From: Nemertoderma westbladi
Lineage: Eukaryota; Animalia; Xenacoelomorpha
Length of the DNA: 64,000 nt
Reading direction: 5' to 3'
Assembly: GCA_032718475.1 (NCBI GenBank)
Contig: JAUCBJ010007162.1
Coordinates: forward strand, 1 to 64,000
Positions 61,701 to 64,000 of this stretch are shown here, in pieces; positions within the stretch are counted from its first letter, which is position 1, and the number at the start of each line of letters is the position of its first letter. The position numbers and the translations under genes are program-made. Under the pieces are notes generated by a model. That model searched no databases and was not told the origin of the DNA. It saw nothing but the letters and a program-made list of their open reading frames with translations.

Positions 61701-62650
61701 AGTGTCTAATACAGAACACACACAGTTCGATGAGTGTCTAACTAAGAGCACACACAGTTCGGTGAGTGTCTAATACAGAACACACACAGTTCGGTGAGTG
61801 TCTAATACAGAACACATACACAGTTCGGTGAGTGTCTAATACAAAACACACAGAGTTCGGTGAGTGTCTAACTAAGAACACACACAGTTCGGTGAGTGTC
61901 TATCTAAGAACACACACAGTTCGGTGAGTGTCTAATACAGAACACATACGCAGTTTGGTGAGTGTCTAATACAGAACACACACAGTTCGGTGAGTGTCTA
62001 ATACAGAACACACACAGTTCGGTGAGTGTCTAATACAGAACACATACACAGTTCGGTGAGTATCTAATACAGAACACACACAGTTCGGTGAGTGTCTAAT
62101 ACAGAACACATACACAGTTCGGTGAGTATCTAATACAGAACACACACAGTTCGGTGAGTGTCTAATACAGGAACACACACAGTTCGGTGAGTGTCTAATA
62201 CAGAACACACACAGTTCGGTGAGTGTCTAACTAAGAACACACACAGTTCGGTGAGTGTCTAATACAGAACATATACGCAGTTTGGTGAGTGTCTAATACA
62301 GAACACACACAGTTCGGTGAGTGTCTAATACAGAACACACACAGTTCGGTGAGTGTCTAATACAGAACACATACACAGTTCGGTGAGTATCTAATACAGA
62401 ACACACACAGTTCGGTGAGTGTCTAATACAGGAACACACACAGTTCGGTGAGTGTCTAATACAGAACACACACAGTTCGGTGAGTGTCTAACTAAGAACA
62501 CACACAGTTCGGTGAGTGTCTAATACAGAACACACACAGTTCGGTGAGTGTCTAATACAGAACACACACAGTTCGGTAAGTGTCTAATACATAACACATA
62601 TACACAGTTAGGTGAGTGTCTAACTAAGAACACACCGAGTTTGGTGAGTT
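58693..62650 (+). repeat. 32-bp minisatellite (CAGAACACACACAGTTCGGTGAGTGTCTAATA), ~120-125 copies, filling POU4 intron 2
   Basis: Directly visible. The first copy overlaps the end of exon 2 and its splice donor. Confidence 0.98.
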
Positions 62651-62686
62651 TCTTTCTATAAAGAACTGTAATTATATTTGTTTCAG

Positions 62687-62743
62687 GTTTCGGCAGACCG
62701 GGTTTTGATTTCGCGTATGGTATGGAAGCTGCATCACATTTCT
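62687..62743 (+). CDS. POU4: POU class IV transcription factor, exon 3 (57 nt, phase 1-1)
   Basis: TTTGTTTCAG| GFGRPGFDFAYGMEAASHF |GTGAGT keeps the frame between exons 2 and 4. Confidence 0.7.
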
Positions 62744-63269
62744 GTGAGTAATTTATATAACAAATTTTTTTTAATTTTTGAAGAATATCGTATTTTTAAT
62801 CGACTAGATAACATCGAGGTTCCTTCCACCTTGGAGTGCGTGGTTTAATCCGGTTTCTTGAGTGCGAGCCCTGCAACTACAATAGTATTAGGGAAGTTTT
62901 AATTTCTTTGGGCTTTAAATTGGCTAAGTATAGCACAAATTAGGAAAGATGTAACTGGGGGTTGAACCAGCGCAATATAATTCCTTTCCTTGCTCATTTG
63001 GACCACTCCTACCGGATATCATACCGGTATCTGCCTTGCATCCTTTATTTGATCTAAATGAGTACCATATTTCTCTCCGGGGAGTATAGTTCTGGGGGGA
63101 CCTGCTCTTGAAATTGGTCGAAATCTATCTATCTGCGTAATCCTTGGCCAAAAGACGAAAAAAAACTGGCGAAAAAAAGCGTTTACTTTTTTTTTTACTT
63201 TCGTTTACTTTTTTTTAAACGACTGGAGATGTTGCGCTTTATCATTATTGCCATCTATCATATTTCCAG

Positions 63270-63504
63270 CATCCCACCCAATGCCTCACCATCCAGCATC
63301 CTTACACCACACTGTTGTCGGGTCCCTCCCGAGCATCCAACACTGTCCGGACTTGGATACGGACCCGAGGGAGTTAGAGAAGTTTTCGGAACATTTCAAA
63401 CAAAGAAGAATAAAGTTGGGTGTCACACAGAGCGATGTTGGGAGAGCCCTGGCTAACCTAAAGATACCGGGGGTAGGCTCCCTCAGCCAGAGTACTATAT
63501 GCAG
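63270..63504 (+). CDS. POU4: POU class IV transcription factor, exon 4 (POU-specific domain)
   Basis: [50 protein letters not shown] contains the class IV-diagnostic [16 protein letters not shown]. Acceptor TTTCCAG|, donor AG|GTGAGA. Confidence 0.97.
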
Positions 63505-63964
63505 GTGAGAGACAATATTTGTATTGCTGTATTGTTTTTCTCTGAAATATGACAGGTTTTCCAAATTTCTTCAAAAGGAGTCAAATGGCGCAAAATGACC
63601 GCAAACACAAAATATATTTTAGTGGGTTTGAAAACTTTTAAAACTTTAATTAAAACATTTCATTTCATTTAATCACCATAGGGCAGAAATAACTCCAGAA
63701 AGATAGTCTATAATTCCTAAATTTACATAATACATACTCACACCAAACTGAAGGTCAACAGTTCGATCCCAAGTGGACGCCAATTCCGACTTTGCCAATT
63801 AATTGACAATTATCATCAATGACAATTAATTATATTCGCATAATGAAACCGCTCATTCAGCCAAAATACTAATAATTATATACAAGTAGATAACCATATG
63901 GTAAAGTTTAGTAAATCTACAAGTCTGCCCTTCTTTAAAGAAAAAATATTAACATTTATTTTAG

Positions 63965-64000
63965 ATTTGAAAGTCTGACTCTGTCGCACAATAACATGGT
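63965..64000 (+). CDS. POU4: POU class IV transcription factor, exon 5 (partial, runs off the window)
   Basis: TTTTTAG| (R)FESLTLSHNNMV is the exact continuation of the POU4 POU-specific domain. Confidence 0.95.

Noticed and set aside
58693-62650. 32-bp repeat as a CRISPR array
   Set aside because: The units are head-to-tail with no unique spacers, there are no cas genes, and the array lies in a spliceosomal intron.

Overview
This is AT-rich animal (metazoan) genomic DNA; about 45 kb is nested transposons, followed by host genes. In order: two near-identical 5'-truncated RTE-type LINE copies, then a decayed BEL/Pao LTR element (A) whose gag is preceded by a ~3.8 kb (CAGCCW)n array. Next is a very young 13 kb LTR element (B, 14956-27966, 1267-bp LTRs, TSD ATCAT). 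B encodes an intact Gag-protease polyprotein with no RT or integrase, plus a 650-aa unknown ORF in the env position. After that come a Gypsy remnant and a third LTR element (C, 32019-42480, TSD GTTAG) with a gag-like ORF running into a ~4.5 kb Asp-Pro/Asp-Ser hexamer array. The rest holds a BEL integrase remnant, an orphan secreted/GPI-like gene, SINEs, MITEs and the first five exons of a POU4 (Brn3/unc-86/acj6) gene. Main observations: (1) B and C both lack a recognisable tRNA primer-binding site. Each instead has a reiterated 13-nt motif flush against the 5' LTR that is exactly complementary to a 13-mer inside its own LTR, suggesting self-priming or poly(A)-signal occlusion. (2) A and B carry divergent but alignable accessory ORFs of unknown function. 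(3) POU4 intron 2 is filled by ~120 tandem copies of its own exon end plus splice donor. All alignments and counts were made by eye.
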